This document shows, piece by piece, positions 19,809 to 30,076 of a stretch of DNA of 64,000 nt. Made by a program: the position numbers and the translations under genes. Location: the IMG/VR virus record IMGVR_UViG_3300007274_000026, positions 8,541 to 72,540 of that record; one strand, written 5' to 3'. Every line of letters begins with the position of its first letter. Within the stretch, counting starts at the first letter, position 1. Source of the stretch: a virus. Below the pieces are notes generated by a model. It saw only the letters and a program-made list of their open reading frames with translations. It was not told the origin of the DNA and searched no databases.

Positions 19809-20175
19809 CGGCCGCGGCCCCTTCGGGGGCCACCAACCACCACCCCTAGCCAGCGTGGTATAGTGATCAGGTCGGGCGGCAACGCCCGGCGCAACCACCA
19901 CACCTGGACAACTGAATGACGACTTACGAAGCGATGCATCAGCTCGTCGCCCTACTGCAGCGTCAACGCGACGCGATCCCTGATCACATCTGGGAAGCGC
20001 AGGAAGACACGGAGCTGATGGCCGCCTGGGACGCCCTGAGCGACCTGGAATACGCCCTAGAGGCGAACAACGTCAAACCATGAGCGAGGGGCCTTCGGGC
20101 CCCTTTCCCATGACCTGTTGCCATCGCTAGCCAGCGGTGGTATTATTTGGAAGTCAACCACCACCACGACACCCA

Positions 20176-20415
20176 ATGGACTTCATCGCCACCTTCTTCG
20201 CTGAAAAGGATCTCGACGACCGTATCTACGAAGTCGAGTCCGCCAACGGCACCCTCAACCTGATCAGCACCGCCAACGTCATCGAGAAAATCGGCATGAC
20301 CAGCGGCACCGAACGCCAGCAGATCGAAAACATCCTTCGCCAGCTGGACTTCCGCAATGGAGACATCCACCACTTCCTGAACCACCTGGCTCAGGCCATG
20401 GCCGTCAGCTTCTGA
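20176..20415 (+). CDS. Hypothetical early protein
   Basis: FFAEKDL...LDFRNGDIHHFLNHLA; promoter cassette. Confidence 0.55.
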   Translation: MDFIATFFAEKDLDDRIYEVESANGTLNLISTANVIEKIGMTSGTERQQIENILRQLDFRNGDIHHFLNHLAQAMAVSF

Positions 20416-20465
20416 TCACCCCGGGGCCTTCGGGCCCCACCACCACCAACCACCACCACAAAACA

Positions 20466-20699
20466 ATGAACAGCCCTCAATACCTAGAAGACCTTCGCAA
20501 CGGCGAAACACTGAGCACCGTTCACTTCGCGACAGGCCAACGCCGTAACTACCAGTGGCACGCCGAAACGGAAACCGTGCTGATTCACGTCACCAACAAA
20601 GGCCAGGCAGGAACAACGACGCAACGCGACAACTGGAAGATGGGCACCCTGCAACTGTCCATGGCCAAGCGCAGCGACGCTTTCCAAACCAGCTTCTGA
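20466..20699 (+). CDS. Hypothetical early protein
   Basis: ACCACCAC leader. Confidence 0.45.
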   Translation: MNSPQYLEDLRNGETLSTVHFATGQRRNYQWHAETETVLIHVTNKGQAGTTTQRDNWKMGTLQLSMAKRSDAFQTSF

Positions 20700-20945
20700 C
20701 TCACCACCAACCACCACAGAACAATGAACGACTTCAACGAATGGACGCTCGTCTATGAGGTCCGCCCTGGCAAATGGATTGAAAAGAAATTCGACACCGC
20801 TAGTGAGATGAACGCCTTTAGCGATCAGCGCGCCCGCGAGCGCCGCGAACGCATGGAAGCCCTGAAGGTCTGGCACCGATCTTGAGCTGATCTACCAGAC
20901 TGGCTAGAGATGGTGTATGATTCTTTCAAGCCACCACACCAGCCA

Positions 20946-21155
20946 ATGCTCGCCAACATCGCCGGCAACGCCTACCGCCCCGAGCCCCTCAACATCCGCG
21001 CCGCTGCTGCCACCGCGCTGCTCGCCGCAGGCGTTGAGGCCACCGACACCATGATCGAGCGCGTCACCTTCACCGCCCAGATCTGCCTCCGTGTCGGCGA
21101 CAGCCTCGAGACCGCCATCGCCGAAGGCGTCGCAACCCACCTCCTCCCCTCCTGA
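20946..21155 (+). CDS. Hypothetical early protein
   Basis: Promoter cassette; terminator follows. Confidence 0.5.
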   Translation: MLANIAGNAYRPEPLNIRAAAATALLAAGVEATDTMIERVTFTAQICLRVGDSLETAIAEGVATHLLPS

Positions 21156-21277
21156 ACCCACCGGCCAGATCGCCCGCCTCCCGTAAGGGGGGCATTTTTC
21201 ATGGCCAATCCCTAATGGATCTACCACTGCTGGCTAGAGATGGTGTATACTTTGTTTGTCGCAACCACCACAAGCCC

Positions 21278-21592
21278 GTGACCGAAACCGCAATCGCCAA
21301 CTGCGCCAAAACCAACAACCTTGTTGTTCGCCTGAACGACAAGTTCGGCGAGCACTACAGCTTCAGCGTTGAGTACGGCCGCAAGTACGCCCGCATCGTC
21401 CAGGCCGATCCTGCTTCCAGCTACGCCCAGCGCTCCGTCTATTGCTTCGTTCGGATCGAAGACGGCGCCATTCTGAAATCAGCCAGCTGGAAGTCTCCCG
21501 CCAAAGGCGTCCGCGCCTGGCTGGATCAAATCCTGGCCAGCGACCTGGCCGGGGTGGATCAATACACCGGCTGGCTTTACCGGGGCCGCTGA
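21278..21592 (+). CDS. Conserved phage hypothetical protein
   Basis: GRKYARIV...SVYCFV...GAILKSASWKSPAKGVR. Confidence 0.6.
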   Translation: MTETAIANCAKTNNLVVRLNDKFGEHYSFSVEYGRKYARIVQADPASSYAQRSVYCFVRIEDGAILKSASWKSPAKGVRAWLDQILASDLAGVDQYTGWLYRGR

Positions 21593-21705
21593 TCTGACCG
21601 CCCTCCGCAAGGGGGGGGCTTTTTAAATGCTGGCCAATTTCCAGCCCCATTGCTCCATTGCTGGCTAAAGGTGGTATAGTTATTCCTGTCAGCCACCACA
21701 CCGAC

Positions 21706-21897
21706 ATGAACGCCTTCTTCATCTTCTCCGCTTGCTCCTACGATATGGAGAACAACCCTGATTACGGCATCGTTCAGGAGCCCGGCTCCTTCGCTACCCG
21801 TGAATCAGCAGAGGCCGCGGCAGAAGAACTCAACGCAACCCAGTTCCCCGATCATTTCTGGGTCCTGACCGCAGAAGAGGCCGCTAACGCCGCCTGA
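21706..21897 (+). CDS. Small acidic early protein
   Basis: Promoter cassette; FATRESAEAAA. Confidence 0.5.
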   Translation: MNAFFIFSACSYDMENNPDYGIVQEPGSFATRESAEAAAEELNATQFPDHFWVLTAEEAANAA

Positions 21898-21952
21898 GCC
21901 CACCAGCCCCCTTCGGGGGGCTCCCTACCCTTGATCCATACGCCCACCAGCT

Positions 21953-22114
21953 ATGGCCCAACCCTCCTACACCGAACTCATGGATCAGCGGCGTGCCGCT
22001 CTCCGACAATCCCCTCGCGACATCACCAAAGCTCAATCCCTTCTACGGCAAGCAATGAAGCTGGTAGAAGAAGGCAAAGTGACAGAAGACGAAATGCTCG
22101 CCGCTCATCTCTAG
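21953..22114 (+). CDS. Small hypothetical protein converging on MuF
   Basis: Manual translation MAQPSYTELMDQRRAAL...; shares CTAG with the MuF stop. Confidence 0.4.
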   Translation: MAQPSYTELMDQRRAALRQSPRDITKAQSLLRQAMKLVEEGKVTEDEMLAAHL

Positions 22115-24357
22115 ATCCCCTCGTAAAGCTGATCCATATATTGCTTGGCCTTGGCAATCGGCATCGCAGCCTTTTCCGCTTCATCAACCGCCATGCTCAT
22201 CATCCCCACAAAATCCCCGTAACCATCTTTCTCCATTGCGGCTGATACTGCCGCTTTGTTTTTCTTAAACCTGATCCACATCGGCTCACTATCGATCAGC
22301 TTCCGCTGATTGCCCCAAATCGCCCTGAACAAGAATTCAGAGGTGAAGCTGGTGTCTGTTTCCATCGCCTCCACCAAAGCGCTCACAGGGTGGATGTCGG
22401 CCATGCCGAAATCAATCAGCGTCGTCTTGCCTGTCGCTTCGTCAAACATCACGTTGCCACTATGCATGTCATTGTGGGCAATGCCCGCTTTATGCATTTT
22501 CTTCCGTGCCTGCATTGTTCCCTGGAACTGAGCACGCCGAACGCTGACCTTTGGCTCAGCCTCACGCCAGAACGCAACTGATTTACCCGGGGCAAGACCC
22601 ATTGTCATGAAGCCCTCTCGCGTTTCATCAATACTTGTTTTCTGAAAATCTTTTTCAATCCACTTCACACCCTTGAATTCAGGCGTCACGCCCGAATCAT
22701 TCATTAGTTCCAACGCTGGAATTTCTGTTTTAGAAATCCGCCCGCGTTTTGTAACACCGCTTGCCGTTCGCCTTGCCTCGCCATAAGCACCAGCCCCAAG
22801 AACATCGGCAGGCCCTGCGGCATTAAATTCCGCTTCAGCATCTACGCCTTGAACAGGCGCTGGCTTAGGTGCTGGGGCGGGCTTAGGCGTTGGCTTGGCC
22901 GCGGCTTTCTTGACAGGGGTGGCCTTCGGCTTGGGCGCAGGCTTGGGCGTTGCTGCCTTGGGCTTGGGCGCCGCTTTCTTCGGTGCTGGCTTAGGCGCAG
23001 GCTTCGGCACATCCACCACCTGCCCCGCGCTGCCCGCAGGTGCTGCCACCTTCACCGGCGGAGCCTTTACCTTCGGCTTGGCCTTCGGCTTCACAGCATT
23101 GGCCGGTGCAGCGGGCGCCTTCTTCAGCTTCTGCTTCAGCTGTGATGCCTTCAACGGCTTCGGCAATGCAGCCTTGGCCTGTTTGGTCGCCTTGCTCTGC
23201 GCCTTGGTCAGTGAGCCGGTGTTCCGATAAGTCCGGCCGTTCTTGCCGCCCAGGATCGCGTCCTGCCCTGCAGCAGGCTGCGCCTTCAGCCAATCGGCAT
23301 ACGTGGGGGGCTTGCCGCTCTTGTTCTTGGCAATCAGCGCCTTCTGCTCAGTAGTGAAGCTGTTCTGATACTTGGGGTCATAGGCACCAACGAACTTGAC
23401 CTTGTCGCCTTCCTTGACCGCCATCGTCATTGACCGGCCGCCAGCGTCCCTGCCTGGTATGTGGGCGACCAGCACTGAACGACACCGAAAATGGAGGGGT
23501 GGCCGCGGCGCATCCTCTTTCTTAAACACCTCACCATCCAGCTGGCGGCAAATGGGCGAAGTCCGCTGGTCAAGCGTTGCCAAATACCGCACGAACTCAA
23601 CCGCCGTGTTCTGATTCAGTTGATCCGTCTGAACGGCGTTCGCTGTGGATTGCGCACCCGTAAGGGCCAACGTCTTCAGCTGGCTGATGGGCGCGTTCAT
23701 CTTCCCCACCAGCGCACCCTCACCCTTCAGCTGGCGGATAATGTCGGCGTTGGTGGCGCCTGACAGCACCCCACCGCGGATCTCCCGCTCGAACACTTCA
23801 TTGAGCCGTATTGCCTGCGCTTTGAAGTCCTGCTGCAGGCTGCGGTTATCAGGGGTCAGAAATGCATTGGCGAATTCACGCCCGAGCGAATAGGGCTGTT
23901 TGGCCGATCCAGCCACAGCCAGTTCAATCGGGCCCATCGTGCTCACCACCCTCAGGGCTTGCTCGCTAATTAGCGCTTGCCCTCCCACCCCTGGGCCAAT
24001 ACCTGCCGCAGGGCCAGCCTGTAGCGCCTCCTGGGCCAGGTCGCCTTGCTCTACGGCTGACGCAACGGTTGCCCTGACTTCAGCAGCGTCTCGCCGCGTC
24101 CACGTCGCCAGGTCGCCAGCTACGTCGTCAACGAATTGGTCATAGGAGGCAATCCCTGCCTCTTGGAAAACAGACTGGATCTGTGAGAGCTGCGCCTCTA
24201 GAGCCACCCGCGTCATCTCACCGCCAGTCACATTGATTTTGCGCATCGCATTACGCGCGGCTGTGCGCAAGACCTTCTCAGCCCGAACGCCTATTTTTTC
24301 CGTTTCGCGGGCAAGCCTCAGGCTGTTCTGGATGTGCCTGGCCTCGGGGCTAATCAC
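22111..24357 (-). CDS. MuF-family minor head protein fused to a C-terminal protein-kinase-like domain
   Basis: MuF: YLATLDQRTSPICRQLDG...PPLHFRCRS; K/P/A linker; kinase: LGAGAYG, HNDMHSGNVM, LIDFG. Confidence 0.88.
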   Translation of the reverse strand: MISPEARHIQNSLRLARETEKIGVRAEKVLRTAARNAMRKINVTGGEMTRVALEAQLSQIQSVFQEAGIASYDQFVDDVAGDLATWTRRDAAEVRATVASAVEQGDLAQEALQAGPAAGIGPGVGGQALISEQALRVVSTMGPIELAVAGSAKQPYSLGREFANAFLTPDNRSLQQDFKAQAIRLNEVFEREIRGGVLSGATNADIIRQLKGEGALVGKMNAPISQLKTLALTGAQSTANAVQTDQLNQNTAVEFVRYLATLDQRTSPICRQLDGEVFKKEDAPRPPLHFRCRSVLVAHIPGRDAGGRSMTMAVKEGDKVKFVGAYDPKYQNSFTTEQKALIAKNKSGKPPTYADWLKAQPAAGQDAILGGKNGRTYRNTGSLTKAQSKATKQAKAALPKPLKASQLKQKLKKAPAAPANAVKPKAKPKVKAPPVKVAAPAGSAGQVVDVPKPAPKPAPKKAAPKPKAATPKPAPKPKATPVKKAAAKPTPKPAPAPKPAPVQGVDAEAEFNAAGPADVLGAGAYGEARRTASGVTKRGRISKTEIPALELMNDSGVTPEFKGVKWIEKDFQKTSIDETREGFMTMGLAPGKSVAFWREAEPKVSVRRAQFQGTMQARKKMHKAGIAHNDMHSGNVMFDEATGKTTLIDFGMADIHPVSALVEAMETDTSFTSEFLFRAIWGNQRKLIDSEPMWIRFKKNKAAVSAAMEKDGYGDFVGMMSMAVDEAEKAAMPIAKAKQYMDQLYEGI

Positions 24358-24433
24358 TCAACGGCTAGCTAACATTGGGTTGCGATGGCGTGTTCCAGCA
24401 CCCACCGCTTGACCAGACAACCGACATTGCCTG

Positions 24434-25000
24434 ATGAATGAATTTTGCCGCGAAGAATGGCGCCCAGTAAGAGGCTGGGAAGGTTTTTACGAGGTGAGCA
24501 ATATCGGCCGCGTTCGATCTGTTGGCCGATACGTCAAAGCAGGACCAAAGGGGGTGGGGCTTGCTTACAGAGAAAGCCGCATCCTGAAGCAGGGCAAAAA
24601 TCCAAAGGACGGGCGCCCGATGGTATCCCTGTGGCGCGATAACAAGTACAAGCGATTCAGCACCCACGTCTTGGTTCTTGAGGCGTTCGTAGGGCCGCGG
24701 CCTGAGGGAATGTGGGGGCTGCATGGAAAAGGGGGCTGCCTAGATAACAGGGTTGAAAACCTTTATTGGGGCACACCTAGCCGCAACAACTTTGCAGACA
24801 AGCTGCGCGATGGCACCTACAGCCCACCGCCAGGGTGGGGCCGTGGAAACAAGAACAAGAACGCCAAAGCAACGCCAGAAATCGTGCGGGCAATCCGTGA
24901 GTCAGACGAGATTCTGAAGGTGCTAGCTAGCCGTTATGGGCTCAACATCAGCACCGTGTCAGAGATCAGGCGTCGCCGGACGTGGGCTCATCTTCCGTAG
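24434..25000 (+). CDS. NUMOD4-HNH homing endonuclease
   Basis: EEWRPVRGWEGFYEVSNIGRVRS; HVLVLEAFVGPRP; DNRVENLYWGT. Confidence 0.9.
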   Translation: MNEFCREEWRPVRGWEGFYEVSNIGRVRSVGRYVKAGPKGVGLAYRESRILKQGKNPKDGRPMVSLWRDNKYKRFSTHVLVLEAFVGPRPEGMWGLHGKGGCLDNRVENLYWGTPSRNNFADKLRDGTYSPPPGWGRGNKNKNAKATPEIVRAIRESDEILKVLASRYGLNISTVSEIRRRRTWAHLP

Positions 25001-26603
25001 CCTGGCCATCGAGCTTGTTGGTCTCCTCCTCTTCGTCTTCCTCCTCTGCTTCGTCTGGCTCCTCAGGGGGAAGCTCTTCTAGGTCCATTGCAGGCGCCTC
25101 TTCGCTGATTCTTTCCATTTCCTCTTCGACAGACCATTGGTCGAGAGCGTCAAACTCCTCGGCCGCGGCGAGCTTGCGCAAGAAAGTATCACTAGACAGC
25201 AGACCCTGAGTCGTAAGCGCTGCAAACTCCTTGATGTCGGCAGGCTCCATGACGTCAGGGCTGAAGTCCCGAGGGAGCTTCAGCTCTACTGGGTCGATTT
25301 GCATGTAGAGAGCAGCGATAGCCAACGCTTGGTTTAGAGCGTCTTCGAGCTGGCTAACGATGACGGAGAGCTGCGCGTCTGATTGAGCGCGGTCGAGCTT
25401 TTTGGCCGCGGCAGCCTCGACGCCAGTAGTGCTTTTAACCTGAAGCTGGACTGGCGCCAAATGCTGCATGGCGTTCTCCAGGGTTGCCAACCGCTTCAGC
25501 ATCATTTCAGTCCCGCCCGAAGGCGCACCAATCCACTCTGCTTTGGAAGTTGGATCAGCCAAGAACAAGCTGCGATCCGGGGACACGGAAACGTCCGCGT
25601 TCTCTCCTGCTGTTTGAACACCGCTAATAACTAGCGTTGGTGACGCTGACAAGTGCAGGCTATGGGCGAGATCAGCCGATGTGGCCCAGTGGCTCAGGTT
25701 CAATCGGGCAACATCCAAGAGCATCGGGCGAGCCCGCATGAACCCGTCCTGAACCCCTGCATAAGTCGCGACAAACGGGATTAGGGGGATGCCTAGGACC
25801 GATTCGTCTTCAAGGGTCCAGCGCTCTTGCTCACCCTGGTTGCTGGCCTTCAGGACGAACAGGCGACAGGTTACGGCGCCTTCTTTTTCGGGCTGGTCAA
25901 AGACCCGAACGGCAGGGCGCGTGATCTGGTGGAACTCATCCTCAGGGTCAGGCTCAGAAACGCTGTCGCGGATTCGGAGCTGGGTGAGCCGTTCGCCGTA
26001 GGTGACGGAATCACCGACCTGGATGGTGTCCGTGGTTGTTTGCCAGCCCAGGACATCAGCCATCGGAACCAAGCTGAAGTAAGGCCGCAAACCGAGCGCC
26101 TTTTCCTGCGCGAGGTTTAGGACGCCTTCGACTTTGGGGAAGTCGATGAGGATGCCTGCCCAGCCTGAGTCGATGGCAGATTCGAGGAGACGGCGGGAGA
26201 AGATGGTGAGGGAATCGCCGTCGAGGGTGGCGTTATTGAAGAGGGCTTCCCATTCGGGGGTGGAGAGTTCGTCAGCGAGGGAGATGGGTTTACGGAGTGC
26301 GGTGCCGATGGTGACGCTTTTTAGGGAGCGGTAGAAGGGCTCGAAGGAGGAGAGTGCGGAGGAGAGGCGTATTGAGTATGCGGAGTCAGATTCGTAGCAG
26401 TTTTGAGGGATATAGGTTTGGGCGGCTTCTTCGAGGAAGAGTTCAGGGCGGGAACAGTAGGAGGTAGGTATTAGGAAGGGGAGTGCGGCAGATTGCTGGT
26501 CGGAGTAGACCGCTACGGAGGCGAAGGGATCGTTAGCGGTATTGCGCTGAGTACGACGGAGGTCGGAGTTGTAATCAGCGGGTGGTAGGGAGGAGATGGC
26601 CAT
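24966..26603 (-). CDS. Portal protein (DUF4055-like)
   Basis: 545 aa between TerL and MuF; GILIDFP, LRPYF, IPFV, PMLLDVARLNLSHW. Confidence 0.85.
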   Translation of the reverse strand: MAISSLPPADYNSDLRRTQRNTANDPFASVAVYSDQQSAALPFLIPTSYCSRPELFLEEAAQTYIPQNCYESDSAYSIRLSSALSSFEPFYRSLKSVTIGTALRKPISLADELSTPEWEALFNNATLDGDSLTIFSRRLLESAIDSGWAGILIDFPKVEGVLNLAQEKALGLRPYFSLVPMADVLGWQTTTDTIQVGDSVTYGERLTQLRIRDSVSEPDPEDEFHQITRPAVRVFDQPEKEGAVTCRLFVLKASNQGEQERWTLEDESVLGIPLIPFVATYAGVQDGFMRARPMLLDVARLNLSHWATSADLAHSLHLSASPTLVISGVQTAGENADVSVSPDRSLFLADPTSKAEWIGAPSGGTEMMLKRLATLENAMQHLAPVQLQVKSTTGVEAAAAKKLDRAQSDAQLSVIVSQLEDALNQALAIAALYMQIDPVELKLPRDFSPDVMEPADIKEFAALTTQGLLSSDTFLRKLAAAEEFDALDQWSVEEEMERISEEAPAMDLEELPPEEPDEAEEEDEEEETNKLDGQATEDEPTSGDA

Positions 26604-27243
26604 GGAATCTTTGCTTGAAGTTGTTTGTTGGGAGAAGCCCCCCCTCTCGCTCGGTTCCCTCGCTGTCCCCCCCAGGGGGGGGGAAGATGTGGGGTTTTAT
26701 TGAACGTGGGGACGATTAATGAGAACGGCTTGTTGTGGGAACGACCTCCTACCCCACCCACCTCCGTAAGCTTAATTTGAAGTCAAGGGTGTGAATGAGA
26801 GTGAGGTTGAGTTTTGGTCCAGATAAGGGGAGGCGGAAGGTGATGGGGATGAGGGCGGAGCATTGTTGTGAGGTGAGATTGGATGGAGAGGTTGTTGGGT
26901 TGTTATTGAAGGGGGGAGGGGTGTGTGAGTACAGGGGGAAGGCGATAGGTAGGAAGGGATTGGAATGGGTGTGTGGAGGGGATAGCCGTGATGTGGTGGG
27001 GAAATTGCTGGAGAGCCTGGCTAGCTAGGTTTGAGTGAAACCAAGGTTGGCTATGGATGGGATGGGAAACGTGAGCCCGGCTGACCTGGATAAGGTGTTG
27101 AAGGACCTGCAGGACGCGATGAAGGGGTTGAGGATCCATGAGGGATTGAGGAATGCGAGCACAGCAGAGCTGCGGGCTGAATTGAAGCGTCGACAAAACA
27201 ACCAGAATTAACTACGCTTGGCGGTGAACGAATTAGCTAGCGC

Positions 27244-27453
27244 GTGCTGCGAACCACCACCGAACGCTTTGTGCTGAAACGGGCCTGTGATGGGCTCTAC
27301 TTCCAAGAACCGCCAGTGGGGTCGATTAAGGAATGGACGGATGTTGTTGAGGATGCGCGGACATGGGCCGATCTAGATAGCTGCTGTGCTGCAGCCTTCA
27401 CGTGGTTCCGAATTAAGGGCCAACAGCTTGAAGTTCATGGGATCTGTGGATGA
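27244..27453 (+). CDS. Hypothetical protein
   Basis: WTDVVEDARTW motif. Confidence 0.4.
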   Translation: MLRTTTERFVLKRACDGLYFQEPPVGSIKEWTDVVEDARTWADLDSCCAAAFTWFRIKGQQLEVHGICG

Positions 27454-27884
27454 CCGAAAACCAGTGGTATGTGCTGCTTGATCGCCACGGTGATCAGGTG
27501 ATTGCTGTGGCTAAGACCACCCCTATTCATGTGGACTTTTTTGAGGAATTCATTGAGTCGATCATTAATCGGCCGATGGCTTACAAGATGGCGTGGAACA
27601 TCAGCAACCACGAAGGTGGTGCGATGTGGTTCAGGGATTTGCAACGCCACTTAGAGGATGCTGCCTGTTCCCTGATTGATTCACCATGTATTGGGCGGAC
27701 ACACGGGATGATTGCCAGCCCTGTGGTGTTTACGGGCATCAAGGACGATGAGGGCAAGATCCGTTTACTGGATCGCGACATTGCTCACCAGCTGGCTGAC
27801 CAGCTCAAACGCAATTCACCGATTTGCGTTGAAGGCGACTTGATCCTGTCGACCAACACGCTGCTAAGCAAAATTGAACGGTGA
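27450..27884 (+). CDS. Hypothetical protein
   Basis: Coupled ORF. Confidence 0.5.
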   Translation: MTENQWYVLLDRHGDQVIAVAKTTPIHVDFFEEFIESIINRPMAYKMAWNISNHEGGAMWFRDLQRHLEDAACSLIDSPCIGRTHGMIASPVVFTGIKDDEGKIRLLDRDIAHQLADQLKRNSPICVEGDLILSTNTLLSKIER

Positions 27885-28122
27885 TCAAGCCAGATCGGCG
27901 AGACGCTTTTCTAATTGTTTGATCCGACGTTGCAGGCGCTGATTTTGCTCAAGCGCTAGGGCTGCAATCGTGAATGGATCCTGGCCGGAACTTGCTAGTT
28001 CACGGCGCATGTAGAAACTTTGGGTGTTTTCAGAAGCCATAGAGAACCCCTGATTATGTCCGCACTGTAACTCATGCCAAGTTAGCTAACCGCGGTAGAG
28101 TGGGTGTGGATGCCACCACAGC

Positions 28123-28470
28123 ATGAACACCAACCCCACACGGCAAGAGGTCGTGGACCATCGCGATGAGTATCTGGTCGCACGCGAAGAAGTCCTGGAC
28201 AGGTATTTCGTCCTGGAAGACTTGCTTGCTAACAGCGCTGACTTCGCGCCGGAGGACGTGCAGGCCATTCACGCGGGCTTGGCTGAAGTTGATAACACCT
28301 TGAAACACATCAATGACCGTTTGGCCGAAATGCAAGCGCTGTTGCAGGTGTTTGAGGACCGCACGGCAGAACCGGCATTGATGCAACCCAAACAACCGCT
28401 GATCCGCACGGAACACGTTATTGCGGCTGGGTTCTTCGTGGTAGTGCTGGTGGCCTGCCTGTTGATTTAG
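28123..28470 (+). CDS. Coiled-coil protein with a C-terminal TM helix
   Basis: VIAAGFFVVVLVACLLI C-terminus; CCACCAC leader. Confidence 0.5.
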   Translation: MNTNPTRQEVVDHRDEYLVAREEVLDRYFVLEDLLANSADFAPEDVQAIHAGLAEVDNTLKHINDRLAEMQALLQVFEDRTAEPALMQPKQPLIRTEHVIAAGFFVVVLVACLLI

Positions 28471-29963
28471 CCGTAGATCTGGATGCCGCGGCTCATCGTG
28501 CGGCGTGAGCCACCAAGGGCACCCCAGACGAGATAACGGAAGGCATCACCAGCGTGGCTGTAATCATTGGCGCCCCCCTTGATCGGTCTTCCGAGCTCGT
28601 CATAACTCCAGCGCTCTAGGGAGTCGACGGTGTGCTTCGCACGAAGATCGTTGACACGAACCAACCCTCGATGCAGCAGAGCATTGGCATGGGCGAAGGA
28701 TTCCGCCACTTGCGGGTTCTTCCGTTCGGCCTGCACCGTGATGCCGCTTTCCCTCAGGATCTGATGATCAGTCTTGGTTGATGCCGTGCTCTGAGCTGCA
28801 CCTGCGGCGTCTGGATAGCAAACCAGCTGTTTCCTGATGATCTGATTGCCGTAGGTCCGCTGCAGGTATTGCGCCGTTTCATAGGTGTTAGTGGTGACGA
28901 AGCTCTGAACGACATGCAGCACCCGCTGCTGGCCTTCGGCACGGATTACGCCTGCACAGCCATGGCAGATCCCCACGTTGAAGTCCAAGCCCACAACGAC
29001 GTGATCATCTGGACCAATCAACTCACTAGACGCGCAACGCTTGCGGTCGTATTCGCTGAAGATGCTGGCCTGGGCCAGGTTGACGAACTCACCGTTCAGA
29101 TAACTCTCAATCAGGGCAGGTGGGTACTGGTCCCGCAGGCTTTGGATGTACTCCGGCGGCAAGTAGGGGTTATCGGTGGTTTTGGCGCGGATCAGCTGTT
29201 TGCTGTTATCCATGTTTTCCACAAAGAAGTCGTGGAGGAACCCGAAGCCCTCTGGTGTGGAGCAAACGGCAATCTGGGGACGCGGGCCCGTTCTGATCCT
29301 GCCCTGTAGAAGGCGGAAGGCGGTGGTTGCCACCTGCGGTTTCACGGTGTCGATCTCGTCCACGCAAGCCCATGCCGCGTTGACGCCCCTGATTTTCGTG
29401 TAGTTCTCGAACGAGCGGAGAAGCACCTTTGAGGTTTGCCCGTCAGGGCACCTGACATGGACTTCGGCCGCGGCTTTATGCAGGGTGTAATCAACCCCCC
29501 AGTCATCCCAAATGTCCTGCATCTGGGGAATCAGGATGTCGTTCAGGAGCCCGTAAGTTGGCTCAAGCGCGATCCCCGTAAATCCGGGGTTGTCGTAGCA
29601 AAGCTGCAAAATCTTGACGGTCAGGCTGTAGCTCTTCCCAGCGCCGAATCCAGCCACTAGCCCGACGTGACGGATCGTCTTTTCCTCCAGGAAAGCTCGC
29701 TGATGAACGAGGAGCGAATCAAGCCGCTTCTGTTCTTTGAGCTTCGAGACCTTCTCCTCTAGCTCAGGATTGTCGCCACCCCTGACCAGTGACTGGATGG
29801 TCAGATCTTTGTGAAGGGTCTTGGTCAGAATGGACCCAGAACGCTTTTTAAACCCCATGGCCTCGCCTCCGTACAAAACAACGTCCAGTAACAAGTCCCG
29901 CGGGAAGAACCCGAGCATTGAGGCCTTGAGCTCTGCATCCCGTGCCAGCCGCACGCCGTTCAC
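28467..29963 (-). CDS. terL: Terminase large subunit (true start possibly MGFKK near 29858)
   Basis: Walker A AGFGAGKS, Walker B CVDE, STPEG, VGLDFN, HAGDAFRY. Confidence 0.92.
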   Translation of the reverse strand: MNGVRLARDAELKASMLGFFPRDLLLDVVLYGGEAMGFKKRSGSILTKTLHKDLTIQSLVRGGDNPELEEKVSKLKEQKRLDSLLVHQRAFLEEKTIRHVGLVAGFGAGKSYSLTVKILQLCYDNPGFTGIALEPTYGLLNDILIPQMQDIWDDWGVDYTLHKAAAEVHVRCPDGQTSKVLLRSFENYTKIRGVNAAWACVDEIDTVKPQVATTAFRLLQGRIRTGPRPQIAVCSTPEGFGFLHDFFVENMDNSKQLIRAKTTDNPYLPPEYIQSLRDQYPPALIESYLNGEFVNLAQASIFSEYDRKRCASSELIGPDDHVVVGLDFNVGICHGCAGVIRAEGQQRVLHVVQSFVTTNTYETAQYLQRTYGNQIIRKQLVCYPDAAGAAQSTASTKTDHQILRESGITVQAERKNPQVAESFAHANALLHRGLVRVNDLRAKHTVDSLERWSYDELGRPIKGGANDYSHAGDAFRYLVWGALGGSRRTMSRGIQIYG

Positions 29964-30076
29964 ACGCGGCGATGGGGATTCTTCCAGCAGCCTTACGGAA
30001 GAGGCAGTGCGCGGTCATAGCCGCCCGAACTGGAAACAGAAGGTCACCAGCGACGGCCGCCCGATCAGCTGACAAC

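Larger units (their letters stand above)
15185..21680 (+). promoter_or_regulatory. At least 11 copies of an early promoter cassette CTAG(C)-N5-9-GGTG(G/C)-TANNNT
   Basis: -10 hexamers at 15203 TATAAT, 15722 TATGAT, 16761 TATTAT, 18089 TATGAT, 18989 TATGAT, 19502 TATACT, 19859 TATAGT, 20141 TATTAT, 20916 TATGAT, 21246 TATACT, 21675 TATAGT. Confidence 0.8.
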
